Program-made: the position numbers and the translations under genes
Part shown: positions 10,905 through 21,752 of the stretch, one piece after another
How positions within the stretch are numbered: the stretch's first letter is position 1
Layout of the letters: every line of letters starts with the position of its first letter
The notes under the pieces: model-generated
What the model was told of the DNA's origin: nothing
Database searches by the model: none
The model's input: the letters and a program-made list of their open reading frames with translations, nothing else
Source of the DNA: Hormoscilla sp.
Lineage (GTDB): Bacteria > Cyanobacteriota > Cyanobacteriia > Cyanobacteriales > Desertifilaceae
DNA length: 64,000 nucleotides
Direction: 5' to 3'
Assembly (NCBI GenBank): GCA_051439505.1
Contig: JBFRWI010000132.1
Coordinates: 1 to 64,000, forward strand

Positions 10905-11132
10905 TTAGAGCATGCCAGCGCTGCTCAGGCCCAATATAGCACCGGCTCCTAGGATGTGACCCAAGCTGGTGGTGGCCAGCATCTCAGCCAAGCCCATACC
11001 CCCGAAAAAGGGTGATGCTGGCAATCCTGGACCCACACCCTTCTGTTGGATGAAGAGCTTGCCCAGGGCGATCGCCACTATATTGCAGATAACCATCGTC
11101 ACGCCTACACTCACAGACCACTCTGTACTCAT
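10905..11132 (-). CDS. psaK: Photosystem I subunit PsaK
   Basis: WSVSVGVTMVICN...LATTSLGHILGAGAILGL; start moved to the internal ATG at 11132 (75 aa). Confidence 0.9.
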   Translation of the reverse strand: MSTEWSVSVGVTMVICNIVAIALGKLFIQQKGVGPGLPASPFFGGMGLAEMLATTSLGHILGAGAILGLSSAGML

Positions 11133-11367
11133 ACCTATTCTCCTGCCTCGATTTATTTTTACAAGCTTTAATAATTGTAAATTACTTTTTGACAAAGGCA
11201 TCATTTCGTTTCATAAATTAACATAACTTAACATTCAACGGCCCAGCCAGAAGCCAAAATGGGTAGTAGTTGTCACTGGTTAGTTGTCAGGATATCTGAT
11301 ATCCGATTGCTGGTGGGCCTGGTACGCGATCGCTATTCATAAGCGGTTATGATATTATTAATAAATA

Positions 11368-11410
11368 ATTAACAATTCACAATTAACAATTCACAATTAA
11401 CAATTCACAA
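11368..11410. repeat. 14-bp tandem repeat (aattaacaattcac) x3
   Basis: Read directly, immediately upstream of trpF. Confidence 0.85.
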
Positions 11411-11413
11411 GAT

Positions 11414-12040
11414 ATGCGAGTCAAGATTTGCGGGATTACAATAGCAGAACAAGGGATGGCGATCGCCCAGTTAGGAGCAACAGCACTAGGGTTTATCTGC
11501 GTGCGGGAGTCGTCTCGTTACATAACGCCTGAAAATATCCGGATAGTGGTAGAGCAGTTGCCAGGAGAGATCGATCGCATCGGCGTGTTTGCCAACGCCC
11601 CCTTAGAAGAAATCTGTCAAGCGGTGGCAACTGCTCAATTGAGTGGCGTTCAGCTGCATGGCAGCGAGTCACTGGAAGATTGCATCCAGCTGCGTCGGGC
11701 CCTGCCGACAATAGAAATTATTAAAGCCCTGAGAGTAAAGAAGCAAGAAGCCTTAAATCAGGCAGATATGTACATTGACTGTGTAGATGCTATATTGCTA
11801 GACGCCTACCATCCAGAAAAGCTGGGAGGTACTGGCAAAACCCTCGACTGGTCTGGCTTAAAGCAATTTCATCCCCGGTGCCCCTGGTTTCTTGCCGGTG
11901 GCTTAACACCAGACAATGTCCGATCGGCCCTGGATATAGTTCACCCCGATGGTATCGATCTATCCAGCGGTGTGGAGCGTCAACCTGGAGATAAGGATCT
12001 GGCGAAAATTGCCCGCCTATTTGAGAAACTGCGGCTCTAG
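11414..12040 (+). CDS. trpF: Phosphoribosylanthranilate isomerase
   Basis: [36 protein letters not shown]. Confidence 0.96.
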   Translation: MRVKICGITIAEQGMAIAQLGATALGFICVRESSRYITPENIRIVVEQLPGEIDRIGVFANAPLEEICQAVATAQLSGVQLHGSESLEDCIQLRRALPTIEIIKALRVKKQEALNQADMYIDCVDAILLDAYHPEKLGGTGKTLDWSGLKQFHPRCPWFLAGGLTPDNVRSALDIVHPDGIDLSSGVERQPGDKDLAKIARLFEKLRL

Positions 12041-12064
12041 TTCCGTTTACTGTTCTTGGGAGCC

Positions 12065-12757
12065 TCAGTTCTTGGGAGCCTCAAATTTATAGCCAACTCC
12101 CCGTACTGTATGAATCAGTGTTAGTTGATTGTCAGTTTCCAGCTTTCTGCGAATTTGACCGATATGTACGTCCACAACTCGCAGATCCCCTTCATATTCG
12201 TACTCCCATACTTGTTTAATCAGTTCAGCACGACGCCAAGCTCGACCGGGATGGCTAGCTAAAAAGTACAGCAGGTCGAATTCCAGAGCAGTCAAAGAAA
12301 CTGGCTGATTATCCAGATTAACTTCCCGACTGAGGGGGTCGATGGCTAGCCGGTCAAAAATTAAGGGTTCCTGCGGAGGGGGCGTTACCGTTCGCTGGCG
12401 CTTCAAAATCGCCTCCACTCGGTATTTCAGTTCTTCGAGATTAAAGGGTTTGGTGAGGTAGTCATCGGCCCCCTTGGAAAACCCGGTGATTTTATCGGTG
12501 GGATCGGCCCGGGAGGTGAGCATGAGCACAAATACATCGGTGCGACTCTGCATTTCCTGACAGAGGTTATAACCAAGAGCATCCGGTAGGTTCACATCCA
12601 GAATCACCAAGTCTGGCTGAAATTGCTCAAACAGCCTCATGCCTGTCTTACCGTCGGCGGCAGACTGCATTTGATAATTTTGTTTGGCCAAAAAGCGATG
12701 GATCAGATTGCGAATGGCAGGATCGTCGTCAACTACGAGAATTTTGACTGGAAGCAT
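12065..12757 (-). CDS. OmpR-family response regulator
   Basis: ILVVDDD, ILDVNLP, GADDYLTKPF receiver; VDVHIGQIRRKL and TVRGVGY winged helix. Confidence 0.95.
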   Translation of the reverse strand: MLPVKILVVDDDPAIRNLIHRFLAKQNYQMQSAADGKTGMRLFEQFQPDLVILDVNLPDALGYNLCQEMQSRTDVFVLMLTSRADPTDKITGFSKGADDYLTKPFNLEELKYRVEAILKRQRTVTPPPQEPLIFDRLAIDPLSREVNLDNQPVSLTALEFDLLYFLASHPGRAWRRAELIKQVWEYEYEGDLRVVDVHIGQIRRKLETDNQLTLIHTVRGVGYKFEAPKN

Positions 12758-12808
12758 ATCGATAACCTGAAGAGGGTTAACTAGATGTTAATAGCACAGG
12801 GGTGATGG

Positions 12809-12955
12809 TTGTCAGTTGTCAGTAGTCAGTAGTCAGTAGTCAGTAGTCAGTAGTCAGTAGTCAGTAGTCAGTTGTTGGTTGTCAGTTGTCAGTAGTCAGT
12901 AGTCAGTTGTTGGTTGTCAGTTGTCAGTTGTTGGTTGTCAGTTGTTGGTTGTCAC
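12809..12955. repeat. Heptamer short tandem repeat array (gtcagta/gtcagtt/gttggtt), STRR-like
   Basis: About 20 consecutive 7-mers. Confidence 0.9.
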
Positions 12956-13235
12956 TGGTCAATTGTCAGGCGGTCACGGCAAGGCCGAGGTCGCCGAGCA
13001 TCGGTGGAGTTGTGCAACGCCTAAAAAACAAATGCACGCAACCTCCTCACCGCCAGATGGCCACCGACCGAGTCGCAAAGAATGACATTTGCTTCTTGAC
13101 AAGAGCTACCTGCGATAATTATCATTCGTCAATGCCTGAGTGCCAACTATTGGCATGTTGCTGTTGACCACTACGATCCTTTTTGCTATACTGATAGTAG
13201 TGAGCCCTTTTGCAAGTGAATATACTGATTGAGCC

Positions 13236-13859
13236 GTGACCGATCAAAGTCCTTACGAACAGCTAGGCGTCTCGCCTGATGCCTCCTTCGAGGAAATCCA
13301 ATCAGCCCGTAAGCGCCTCACAGATAAATATAGTGGCGATCGCCTCTCTGTGGAAACCATCGAAGCTGCCTATGATGCAGTGCTGATGGAGCGGTTGCGG
13401 CTACGCCAAGAAGGAAAAATTAAGGTGCCAGAGGGGATTAGATTTCCCGAAAAGTTAAAGAAGGCACCAACCTCTACCCCAAGTCCTACCAACAAGCCCC
13501 TCTGGCTGGAAAGGTTACTTGACACCCCTACTCAGGCAGATATTCTTTTGCCAATGGGTGTCTTCCTGGTGCTAATTGTCTTTAGCGCCTCTACTGTGGA
13601 TCCGGACCAAACTGTCTGGTTGCAGCTGGCTTTGGCCGTTGGGTTCTCAGCTACTGTCTATTTTCTCAATCGCAAAGAAGGCAAGTTTGGACGCTCTGTG
13701 TTGCTAACTCTGGGCGGTCTGTTTGTAGGCTTGATCCTCGGAGGAATACTATACAGGGGACTGGAAAGTTTGGCAATGGTCGATCGAGGATTTAGCAATC
13801 AGTTTGCAGCCAGTGTGACTTTTTTCATCCTGTGGCTAGTTAGCAGTTTCCTGCGCTAA
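13236..13859 (+). CDS. CPP1-like J-domain-like membrane protein
   Basis: SPYEQLGVSPDASFEEIQ, IEAAYDAVLMERLRLRQEGKIKVPEGIRF, hydrophobic C-terminus. Confidence 0.85.
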   Translation: MTDQSPYEQLGVSPDASFEEIQSARKRLTDKYSGDRLSVETIEAAYDAVLMERLRLRQEGKIKVPEGIRFPEKLKKAPTSTPSPTNKPLWLERLLDTPTQADILLPMGVFLVLIVFSASTVDPDQTVWLQLALAVGFSATVYFLNRKEGKFGRSVLLTLGGLFVGLILGGILYRGLESLAMVDRGFSNQFAASVTFFILWLVSSFLR

Positions 13860-13926
13860 TGGCTAATGGCTAATGGCTAATGGCTGATGGCTAATGGCTA
13901 ATGGCTAATGGCTAATGGCTAATGGC
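13856..13926. repeat. Heptamer tandem repeat (ctaatgg) about x10
   Basis: Read directly. Confidence 0.9.
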
Positions 13927-14037
13927 CCACATCTGCCCTAGGACTAACAATTAGCCATTAACAATTAGCAAGAAGCGTTATTAATTACCAATTGGCTCGA
14001 AGTGAACGATCGCGCGATCGCCTAATCACAGATTGCG

Positions 14038-14841
14038 CTATTTTTTGGCTATGGGCATGGCCACAGCTTTGTCAACTTTTTTGCCATTATATCCAGAAGC
14101 TAGGTACTGCTCCAGATGACGATAGATAACTACAGGTTTAGTAACTTGTAAAGTAAAAAACTCCACAGCAACTTTGCCATCGGGCCAAACCCGAACTTTG
14201 GGACAGAGGTCTTTGGGTGCTGTTGATGTTTTCCACTGCCATTTAACTTGGGCGGGCAGTTCGTTAATTATCCGGTGATTGCTCCATTGGCAATGTTTGC
14301 CCAAACATCCAAATTCCTCTAGTTCTCGGCGCAGCAGAGAGGCGATCAGAAAAGACAATGGGGATCGATCGCCCTCCAATGCTTCCATAAAATCCGGTAA
14401 TGCCCCAGCTGGATGAGGCGGATTTAAATCATCGCCACTATCTACCAGAGCATTTTCTAGCTCTGCCGTTGTACTCAGGGCCTCTGGCACTGCCCAGGTA
14501 ACGCCAACACCATTATCCTGCTGGCGATACAGATAACTTACCAACCTCCATCCCGATTTCAGTTTTAACCCTGGCAACTTGCTAAACACCGAGCCAGGAT
14601 TAACGGTACTTATAAACCAACTCCTGACTATGTTAGATTCTGGAATCTGGGCGTCTAGATCGCTGGAAAAGTTAAACAAATCCCCCAGTTGATCCAAAGA
14701 TTCTGGTTCGGGTAGAGCGTCTAGTTCCTCCAAGGAAATCCACTCTTTGGGATGGTTTTCTGAGTCCGGCACCGCCAGCATAGTTTTGATATACTGTCTG
14801 ATTTTTTTGACCGTTGCCAGGGGAAATGTTTGAATAGACAT
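14038..14841 (-). CDS. Hypothetical protein
   Basis: 267-aa ORF co-oriented with smc and the PRC gene; no recognised motif. Confidence 0.7.
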   Translation of the reverse strand: MSIQTFPLATVKKIRQYIKTMLAVPDSENHPKEWISLEELDALPEPESLDQLGDLFNFSSDLDAQIPESNIVRSWFISTVNPGSVFSKLPGLKLKSGWRLVSYLYRQQDNGVGVTWAVPEALSTTAELENALVDSGDDLNPPHPAGALPDFMEALEGDRSPLSFLIASLLRRELEEFGCLGKHCQWSNHRIINELPAQVKWQWKTSTAPKDLCPKVRVWPDGKVAVEFFTLQVTKPVVIYRHLEQYLASGYNGKKVDKAVAMPIAKK

Positions 14842-14920
14842 AGTTTTCGTCTAGCTGAGTCCCAGGCGCAGCCGTGGGGCGAGCTGCTGGGGTATTTCCT
14901 GCAAGACTTCAATAGCATTA

Positions 14921-15889
14921 CTAATAATCCATCTCTCCTTCGTACTCTGATTTCTTAGCTTTTTTCGGGATGTTTACGCGCGGGGGTTTGTATGCTTCGG
15001 GCTCATCATCAGCCCAGGCATCTTTGGACATGTCGTCGTAATCATCGGAGTAGTATTCGTGAGACTTTGGTTCGGCATAGGTTTTCTGGCCGTATTGTTC
15101 GTCAGACCTTGTCTCACCCCAGTTATCTTGTTCCAGTTCGGAGTATACCGGTTCTGGCTCCAACTTGCGCATCGGTTCCGGTTCCGGTTCTTGCCAATTA
15201 TCCTCATTCCAGGTCTCTTCAACTACCGGTTCAGCTTCGCGGATTGGTTTGGCAGTTCTGACGGGAGTTCCCGGACCCAGCTGTTTGTCTGTCTGAATCG
15301 TGGGGATCATGTAGGCTTCTTCTGCTTCTCGTTCCCAGGGAGCTTGGCCAATTCCCAGGCGATCGAGCCATCCTATACTCAGCTGAATCAACTGTTCTTC
15401 AGCACCTTCAAACACGATCAGACGGTTTGGGCCACTGCTGACGATTTGGTCGATCGGCAATTCATAGGTACTGACAATCTGATCGGGAATCTGGGGGATC
15501 CCTAATGAGGCAACGATCAAAGCGCAAACCTTATAGTCATTGTTGTCAAATTTGAAGCCCCTTACCCTACCTAGCATCTCGCCTGCTTCCGTGATCACTT
15601 CGCTGTTAATCAGGCTACTGTATGCTTCGACATCAATATCTTCAATGACGTTTTCATCGTCAACTAGAATTACGTCGCCAATCTGACGAATGCTGCTCAA
15701 ATACATATACCGTGGTATCGAGGATACCAATCCTGTTAGCAAGTTCTCTCGCAAACTAACTGCTACAACCTCTTGGCGATCGATATCTACCCACAGTTGA
15801 CTCACCACCCCTAGGCGCTTGCCAGTATCGCGGGTGATCACTTGGGTTCCCAGAAAGTCTGAGCGTTGGATGATTTGTTCGGGTATCAT
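14921..15889 (-). CDS. PRC-barrel domain protein with acidic tail
   Basis: Two PRC-like repeats (LGTQVITRDTGKRLG, LINSEVITEAGEMLGRV); follows smc. Confidence 0.88.
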   Translation of the reverse strand: MIPEQIIQRSDFLGTQVITRDTGKRLGVVSQLWVDIDRQEVVAVSLRENLLTGLVSSIPRYMYLSSIRQIGDVILVDDENVIEDIDVEAYSSLINSEVITEAGEMLGRVRGFKFDNNDYKVCALIVASLGIPQIPDQIVSTYELPIDQIVSSGPNRLIVFEGAEEQLIQLSIGWLDRLGIGQAPWEREAEEAYMIPTIQTDKQLGPGTPVRTAKPIREAEPVVEETWNEDNWQEPEPEPMRKLEPEPVYSELEQDNWGETRSDEQYGQKTYAEPKSHEYYSDDYDDMSKDAWADDEPEAYKPPRVNIPKKAKKSEYEGEMDY

Positions 15890-15959
15890 TATATGGGCAG
15901 AGTCCTGTTGCTCTTATCAAATCCACTTCTACTGATAATACTATTAGCTAATCGATACT

Positions 15960-18900
15960 CTAGGTCGGTTGGGGCGGTATTTTGATCCCCAGCACTTGGG
16001 TATGGGCTCCTCGGGCTTGGGTAACGCCAATGGTACGTTCTGAAGATTCAATCATGGGCCGTCGCAGACTCACTACTATAAACTGTGCTTGCATAGCTTG
16101 TTGTTTGATCATTTTAGCTAACTTTTCGACGTTGGCTCCATCCAGGAACATATCCACTTCATCAAAGGCGTAGAAGGGCGAGGGGCGATACCGTTGCAGA
16201 GCAAAGATAAAACTTAGAGCTGTCAAGGATTTTTCGCCGCCGGACATGGATGCTAACCGCTGCACTGGCTTTCCTTTCGGATGGGCTACCAGGTTGAGTC
16301 CGCCGCTGGTGGGGTCTTGAGGAGTCTCTAGCTGCAAGTAGCCGTCACCATCGGAAAGTTCGGCAAAAATGGTCTGGAAGTTTTCGTTCACTGCGTCGAA
16401 GGCCCCTTTGAATGCTTTCCGCCGCAGGGTGGTGAAGTTCTCGATCCGCAGTAGCAGTTCCGTCCGCTCTTTCTCTAGTATGGTTAGTTTCTCTGTAAGT
16501 TCCCCCAGGCGTGTTTGAGTCTGTTCGTATTCTTCGATCGCTAGCATGTTGACTGGTTCGAGTGCTTGCAGGCGCTTAGAGAGGCTGCGCAGTTCTTTTT
16601 GCAACTGCGATATGCTGATATCTTCTGGTACTGTCGGTAATGGATCGGGCAGTTCACTCTTCACGTTTTCCAGCTGAGTTGACAATGTCTCCCGTTCCTG
16701 GCGACTCTTTTGCTGCGCTTCCATCAGCTTGCTGAGCTGGAATTGCAGTTGTTGTTGCTGCAGGTGCAATTCCCGCAGTTTAACTTCCACCCGATCGCGT
16801 TCCTGTTTGACTGTTGTTATGTGAGCGGAAATTTCCGAGAACTGTCTTTGGGTTTCGACTATCTTACAGCTGACTGCCGAGAGCTGAGAGTCTCTAGCTT
16901 CCGACTCTTGAGCTAGGGACTCGATTCCTTGGGTTAATTCTACTATACGCTGTTCCAATTGCTGGATTTTTGTACTGGTGCGATCGCGCTGATTTGAAAG
17001 ATCCTGCAATCGCTGCTGGGACTCTCCCAGCGCCTGTTGGCGTTCTGACAGCTGGGATTCTTTTTCTCTGATGGTCGCCTGTAGCTGTTGCCACTCACTT
17101 GTCGTTTCATCTTTCTCCAGTTCTGCCAGGGCTTGTCGATATTCCACCAGCTTAGCCTCCAACCCTGGTAACTGATCGTGCAGCACCTGCAAGCGTTCGC
17201 TGGTAGTGGTTGCTTCGGTCTGATTTTTTGTCAACTGCCGGTTTGCTTGCTCCTTTTGCTCTGATATTGTTTTAATCTCTTTTTGCAGCTGTTCTAAGTG
17301 TAGCTGATTTTCCCTGCGATTGCCCTTTGCTTCCACTAACTGGACCGACTGCTGTTCTTTGGCCCGTTCCAGACGCTGTATTTCTGCTTCACAACTCCTC
17401 AAAATGAGGGCGATCTCCTGCAAACGTTCTCTCAGGGCCAGGACTTCCGCTGATTCTGTGGCTTCTTGGGTGCCAAAATGCAGCCCCGAACGTTGGTTGC
17501 TACTGCCACCGGTCATCGCCCCAGAAGCCTCCAGCAGTTCTCCCGACAGGGTCACGATGCGGCCCCTTCCCATCTGCTGACGGGCTGTTTCTAGGTCAGT
17601 AAAGACTGCGCTATTCCCGAAGACATAGGCAAATATATTCCGATAGCGAGGGTCGCATTCGATCAGGTTAATGGCGTAGTCAATAAATCCTTTTGCCCAG
17701 CGCATCTGCATGGGGAAGGAAAACCTCGGTGGCCTAATTTTGTTTAATGGTAAGAAAGTGGCGCGACCGGCACGTTCCTGTTTCAGCAGCGCGATCGATG
17801 CTGCGGCCACGCCATCATCTTCGACTACCAAATTCCCCATGCGCCCCCCTGCCGCTATTTCCAATGCTAACTGATAGCGCGGTTCGACGATTCCCAGCTG
17901 GGCCACTAATCCACAAACTCCTGGTATGCTTCTTTTCAAGATCAGTTTGCTAGCATAGGTACCCTGGACTTCTTGCTGGGCTTGGGCTTGTGCTTCTAGC
18001 TTATCTAGTTGTCGCTGCTTGTCTCGCTGCTCAGAGAGCAGCCGTTTTTGCGTTTGCAGCTGGGTTTGCAGTCCTGATTCTACAGCTGCTACCGAGTCGG
18101 CCATCCCTTGGATTTCTCTCTGGCAGCCGGTTATTTTCCCCTGTAATTCTTCTTTGAGTACACCGAAGCTAGTAATTTTTGGATCTAGGGTCTCGATCAG
18201 CTGTTGTTGTTCCTCTATCGCCCGGGTGAGCTGGTGCTGGCGTTCTCCTAACTGGGCCAGTTCGGCCCGTTGGGGGTCTAGGGTTTCCAGGATGCTCTCT
18301 ATCTGCCGGTTCAACTCCGCTTGTTTCTGTACCCATTCTTGGGCGGCGCTGGCGATCGCACTTGTGGCTTCTCGACATTGCTCCAAGTCTGCTTGGGCCG
18401 CAGTCACTTCCCCTTCTCTTGACTGGCGGTGCAATGTCTCTTGCTGGTATTCTGCTTCTAAAGTCTCTATAGCTTGTCTGGCTGTCTGAATTTCTTGGGA
18501 GCTGCTAGCTGTCGTTGCTTTCATGTTTTCAGACTTGCTTCTGGCTTCCCGTTGCCGCTGTTCCATCTGCCGCTGTTCTGCTTGCTGGGTCGCTAGGGTT
18601 GATTGTAAGGCCAGCATTTCTTCTTCTCCCAAGGCTTTTACCCTGGTGTTGAGGCTGTCGAGTTCGGAAGTTACTTGACTTATTTGAGTTGTACCGATCC
18701 TATCTTCTTCTTTGAGCCGCTCCTGGGTGCGATCGCCCGCTTCTATCTGCTCTCCCAACTGCCAGACTTGCTGCTTGAGCGATCGCCATTTGAGCACCAC
18801 TTCCCACTGTTGTTGCTGCTGTAGTCGAGCCCGCAACTGCTGGTATTGTTCGGCCTTGGTCCGGTCAGCCGCCAGGCGATCGCGCTGGCCCATCAGTTCC

Positions 18901-19493
18901 TTTTCAATAATCCGAGAATTTTGTTCGCGTTCCTTGACAGCATCTAACTTTTCTTTGGCCTGGTCAATTTTGCGATCGAACTCGGCTACGCCAGCCAATT
19001 CATCAATAATCTCCCGCCTGGCCCTGGAGTTCATCGAGATAATGCTAGTAACATCCCCTTGTAGCACCACGTTATAGCCTTCTGGATAAATCCGCAGGCG
19101 GTTGAGTTCTGCATGCAGTTCCGTGAGGGTGGCCGTTTCACCGTTGATGTAGTATGTCGAGGTGTAGCCCTTACGGGTGACTCTGATTCTGCGGCTAACA
19201 GTCCAGTCGGTCGATTCGCTTACGCTATCTAACCCCAAGTCAAAGGTGACCGTAACGCTAGCTTCTTTGGTTTTGCGGTCCTTTTGCTTGTGATTTATCA
19301 GATCGGGTAGGCGTTCTGCCCGCATGCCCTTAGAACTGGACAACCCCAGGCAAAACAGCAGGGCGTCCAAGATATTTGATTTGCCCGAACCGTTTGGTCC
19401 AGAAACCACGGTAAACCCCGGCAGCAACGGAATTGCCGTTGTGCCGCCGAAGGACTTGAAGTTGGTCAGTTCCAGGCGCTTGATATGCACCAT
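15960..19493 (-). CDS. smc: Chromosome segregation protein SMC
   Basis: NFKSF, GPNGSGKSN Walker A, coiled coils, hinge GRATFLPL, SGGEKSL, FDEVD. Confidence 0.97.
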   Translation of the reverse strand: MVHIKRLELTNFKSFGGTTAIPLLPGFTVVSGPNGSGKSNILDALLFCLGLSSSKGMRAERLPDLINHKQKDRKTKEASVTVTFDLGLDSVSESTDWTVSRRIRVTRKGYTSTYYINGETATLTELHAELNRLRIYPEGYNVVLQGDVTSIISMNSRARREIIDELAGVAEFDRKIDQAKEKLDAVKEREQNSRIIEKELMGQRDRLAADRTKAEQYQQLRARLQQQQQWEVVLKWRSLKQQVWQLGEQIEAGDRTQERLKEEDRIGTTQISQVTSELDSLNTRVKALGEEEMLALQSTLATQQAEQRQMEQRQREARSKSENMKATTASSSQEIQTARQAIETLEAEYQQETLHRQSREGEVTAAQADLEQCREATSAIASAAQEWVQKQAELNRQIESILETLDPQRAELAQLGERQHQLTRAIEEQQQLIETLDPKITSFGVLKEELQGKITGCQREIQGMADSVAAVESGLQTQLQTQKRLLSEQRDKQRQLDKLEAQAQAQQEVQGTYASKLILKRSIPGVCGLVAQLGIVEPRYQLALEIAAGGRMGNLVVEDDGVAAASIALLKQERAGRATFLPLNKIRPPRFSFPMQMRWAKGFIDYAINLIECDPRYRNIFAYVFGNSAVFTDLETARQQMGRGRIVTLSGELLEASGAMTGGSSNQRSGLHFGTQEATESAEVLALRERLQEIALILRSCEAEIQRLERAKEQQSVQLVEAKGNRRENQLHLEQLQKEIKTISEQKEQANRQLTKNQTEATTTSERLQVLHDQLPGLEAKLVEYRQALAELEKDETTSEWQQLQATIREKESQLSERQQALGESQQRLQDLSNQRDRTSTKIQQLEQRIVELTQGIESLAQESEARDSQLSAVSCKIVETQRQFSEISAHITTVKQERDRVEVKLRELHLQQQQLQFQLSKLMEAQQKSRQERETLSTQLENVKSELPDPLPTVPEDISISQLQKELRSLSKRLQALEPVNMLAIEEYEQTQTRLGELTEKLTILEKERTELLLRIENFTTLRRKAFKGAFDAVNENFQTIFAELSDGDGYLQLETPQDPTSGGLNLVAHPKGKPVQRLASMSGGEKSLTALSFIFALQRYRPSPFYAFDEVDMFLDGANVEKLAKMIKQQAMQAQFIVVSLRRPMIESSERTIGVTQARGAHTQVLGIKIPPQPT

Positions 19494-19557
19494 AGACGCC
19501 TCGACTTTTGTCAGTGGTCGGTAGGGTGGGCACCGCCCACCATTGGCGGGTGCGGGC

Positions 19558-19631
19558 TTGCTAATTGCTAATTGCTAATTGCTAATTGCTAATTGCTAAT
19601 TGCTAATTGCTAATTGCTAATTGCTAATTGC
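19558..19631. repeat. Heptamer tandem repeat (ttgctaa) about x10
   Basis: Read directly. Confidence 0.9.
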
Positions 19632-19888
19632 CAAGAGGTAATTAATCTATTAATGACTATAAATGAATATCTAGATTAACCATTGACAATTAGCCATTAG
19701 CAGCCCCGTACATCGGTTTAATTGTGCAACCCCGAATTTGTCAGAGTCGGTAGTAGCAACTGGTGATGAGCGATCGCCACAGTATTATTATTATTCATGC
19801 TCCCATACGAGAACCACGCCTGTAGTCATGCTTGTTACGGAAATTTTTTGGGTACAGGCGGGGGTGTGGTCCCCACTGCTGGTTACTG

Positions 19889-20087
19889 GGGTGTTGTCAT
19901 GCATTTGTTGGTACACCGGAGTTCTCGCGGGGTGCGGGCGAAGCATTCTGAGAGAACAGCTGTCATCTATGGTCATAATTTGTCGCCAGAATGCTAGCTG
20001 CTGCGCAGCCCCTGCGAAGCCGCGCCCCTACAGGGTCTCCTACAGCTGGTATATCCCAGAAACGATCGACGGGTTTTGACCACACCC
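19889..20087. mobile_element. MITE-like element related to those at 36460 and 37156
   Basis: Right end cgggttttgaccacaccc, degenerate left end gggtgttgtca, flanking direct repeat ggttactg (19881-19888 and 20088-20095). Confidence 0.6.
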
Positions 20088-20291
20088 GGTTACTGGATCG
20101 GGGGTGGGCGGTGCCCACCCTACTGATTTTAGCCCTGGCGCTTATCCCGTTCCCGGCGTCGGCGATCGCGCCAATCTGCCAGGGTAAGATAGACAATGCC
20201 TCCAGTGACAATCACCAGCAGCCCGAAGCCAAACAAAACTCCGACGTTAAACAGAACAGTAGATTCCATTGCCGACCAAATAGCACGTCAA

Positions 20292-20381
20292 TCAGAAGCC
20301 GTTGCGACCCCACACGACCATAGAGATCGAGAAGGTGAAGCAAACTAGCAGCGAAACCCAACCTAAGGAAAGAATGTCCAT
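20292..20381 (-). CDS. petN: Cytochrome b6f complex subunit PetN
   Basis: Hand translation [29 protein letters not shown] (29 aa); below the ORF-track size cut-off. Confidence 0.95.
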   Translation of the reverse strand: MDILSLGWVSLLVCFTFSISMVVWGRNGF

Positions 20382-20638
20382 AATTACTCTGTGATGGTAG
20401 CTCCAAAGACGATCATATTCCAAATTGTACTTGCTGGGCAGCATTATGGGGCGGTTTGACCACCGGCATCTGGCCTGATTATACCACTTACCGGGTAATT
20501 GTCAAGATTTGTGTTCGGTTACGGGCTGGGCTGAGGAGCCCCTGATATGATAAAGTTCTGTGGGTACGTGGCGTTGCACCTGTTGCTACCGTCACATAGT
20601 CGTGAGTCCCACGCTTAAAGGAGAAATAAGGAGAAATA

Positions 20639-21058
20639 ATGACCCGCGCCATAATGGAAACCGAAAAGGGCACGATCAATCTGGAATTGTTCGCTCAAGA
20701 TGCACCCAATACTGTCCAGAATTTTGTTGACTTGACAAATAAAGGCTTTTATGATGGTCTCACTTTCCATCGCGTCATCCCTGACTTTGTGATTCAAGGG
20801 GGCTGTCCTAAGGGAAATGGTACGGGAGGTCCGGGATACACCATCAAATGTGAGATTAACGAGAATAAGCATTTAGCTGGCAGTTTGTCAATGGCTCATG
20901 CGGGTCGCGATACGGGTGGCAGTCAGTTCTTTATTTGCCATTCTCCTCAGTCTCATTTGGATGGAAAACATACGGTTTTTGGCAAAACTGAGGATATGGA
21001 TGTAGTTAATGCTATCCGCCAAGGTGACAAGATTGTTTCTGTCAAAATTGAGGAATAG
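20639..21058 (+). CDS. Cyclophilin-type peptidyl-prolyl cis-trans isomerase
   Basis: [45 protein letters not shown]. Confidence 0.95.
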   Translation: MTRAIMETEKGTINLELFAQDAPNTVQNFVDLTNKGFYDGLTFHRVIPDFVIQGGCPKGNGTGGPGYTIKCEINENKHLAGSLSMAHAGRDTGGSQFFICHSPQSHLDGKHTVFGKTEDMDVVNAIRQGDKIVSVKIEE

Positions 21059-21115
21059 CAGGGATAGTCATCAAGAAAGCAACCCGAACAGGGTAGGGCG
21101 CAGATGAACTAGCGG

Positions 21116-21150
21116 CACCTATTTCCCAGGCAGAGTTTGGGAAATAGGTG
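21116..21150. terminator. Stem-loop after the cyclophilin gene
   Basis: cacctatttccc...gggaaataggtg inverted repeat. Confidence 0.55.
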
Positions 21151-21752
21151 ATGAATAAGCTGTTGTGCTAAAAATTGCACCCAGATGTAATATTGTCATC
21201 CAGACTGAAACCATTTGGTAGCTGGAGATCGGAGGCTTGGAAAATAACGTAGTTTGTTGAAGTGGGAACGTAAAATGGCGATCGCCTCTTTCTGGAAAAA
21301 TTTTTCAGCAATTTGAGAAAAATTCCCAAAACTTTACATAATTCAGGTTACCAATGTCCGGCGATAATTGTCAAGTTTTCCCGACCTTAGCCATTCCTCA
21401 TAATTATATATATGCGAGATCGAGTCTTTTTATGGCAAGGATCTCAATTTTGTCAAAGATAAAATTTTATCGGTAGCATCTCAGAAAAGCTTGCTTGAAA
21501 AATTGAACATGGAAAATTGAACATTGAGCAAGAGTTAATTAGCGAACAAGATTATAATAATTTTGAATTTATAATTGTGAATTATGGTATTATAGGTACA
21601 AAAGCCCACCCACGAACTCTATCTTTCGGGAGATGCGATCGCTGCAAATGCTAGATGCTATAGTCTCAAAAGCATAATTTTCGCGATCTGCTTGACAGAA
21701 TCAAGGTTAGGAGTGTATAATGTTGTAAGTAGATAGCAGTAAGGATAAAAAG

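Noticed and set aside
12886..13167. 93-aa ORF MSVVSSQLLVVSC...
   Set aside because: Translation of the heptamer repeat; the same applies to 61665-61913
19738..20406. Several overlapping 60-113 aa ORFs
   Set aside because: They overlap a repeat element and the real petN gene and show no motifs
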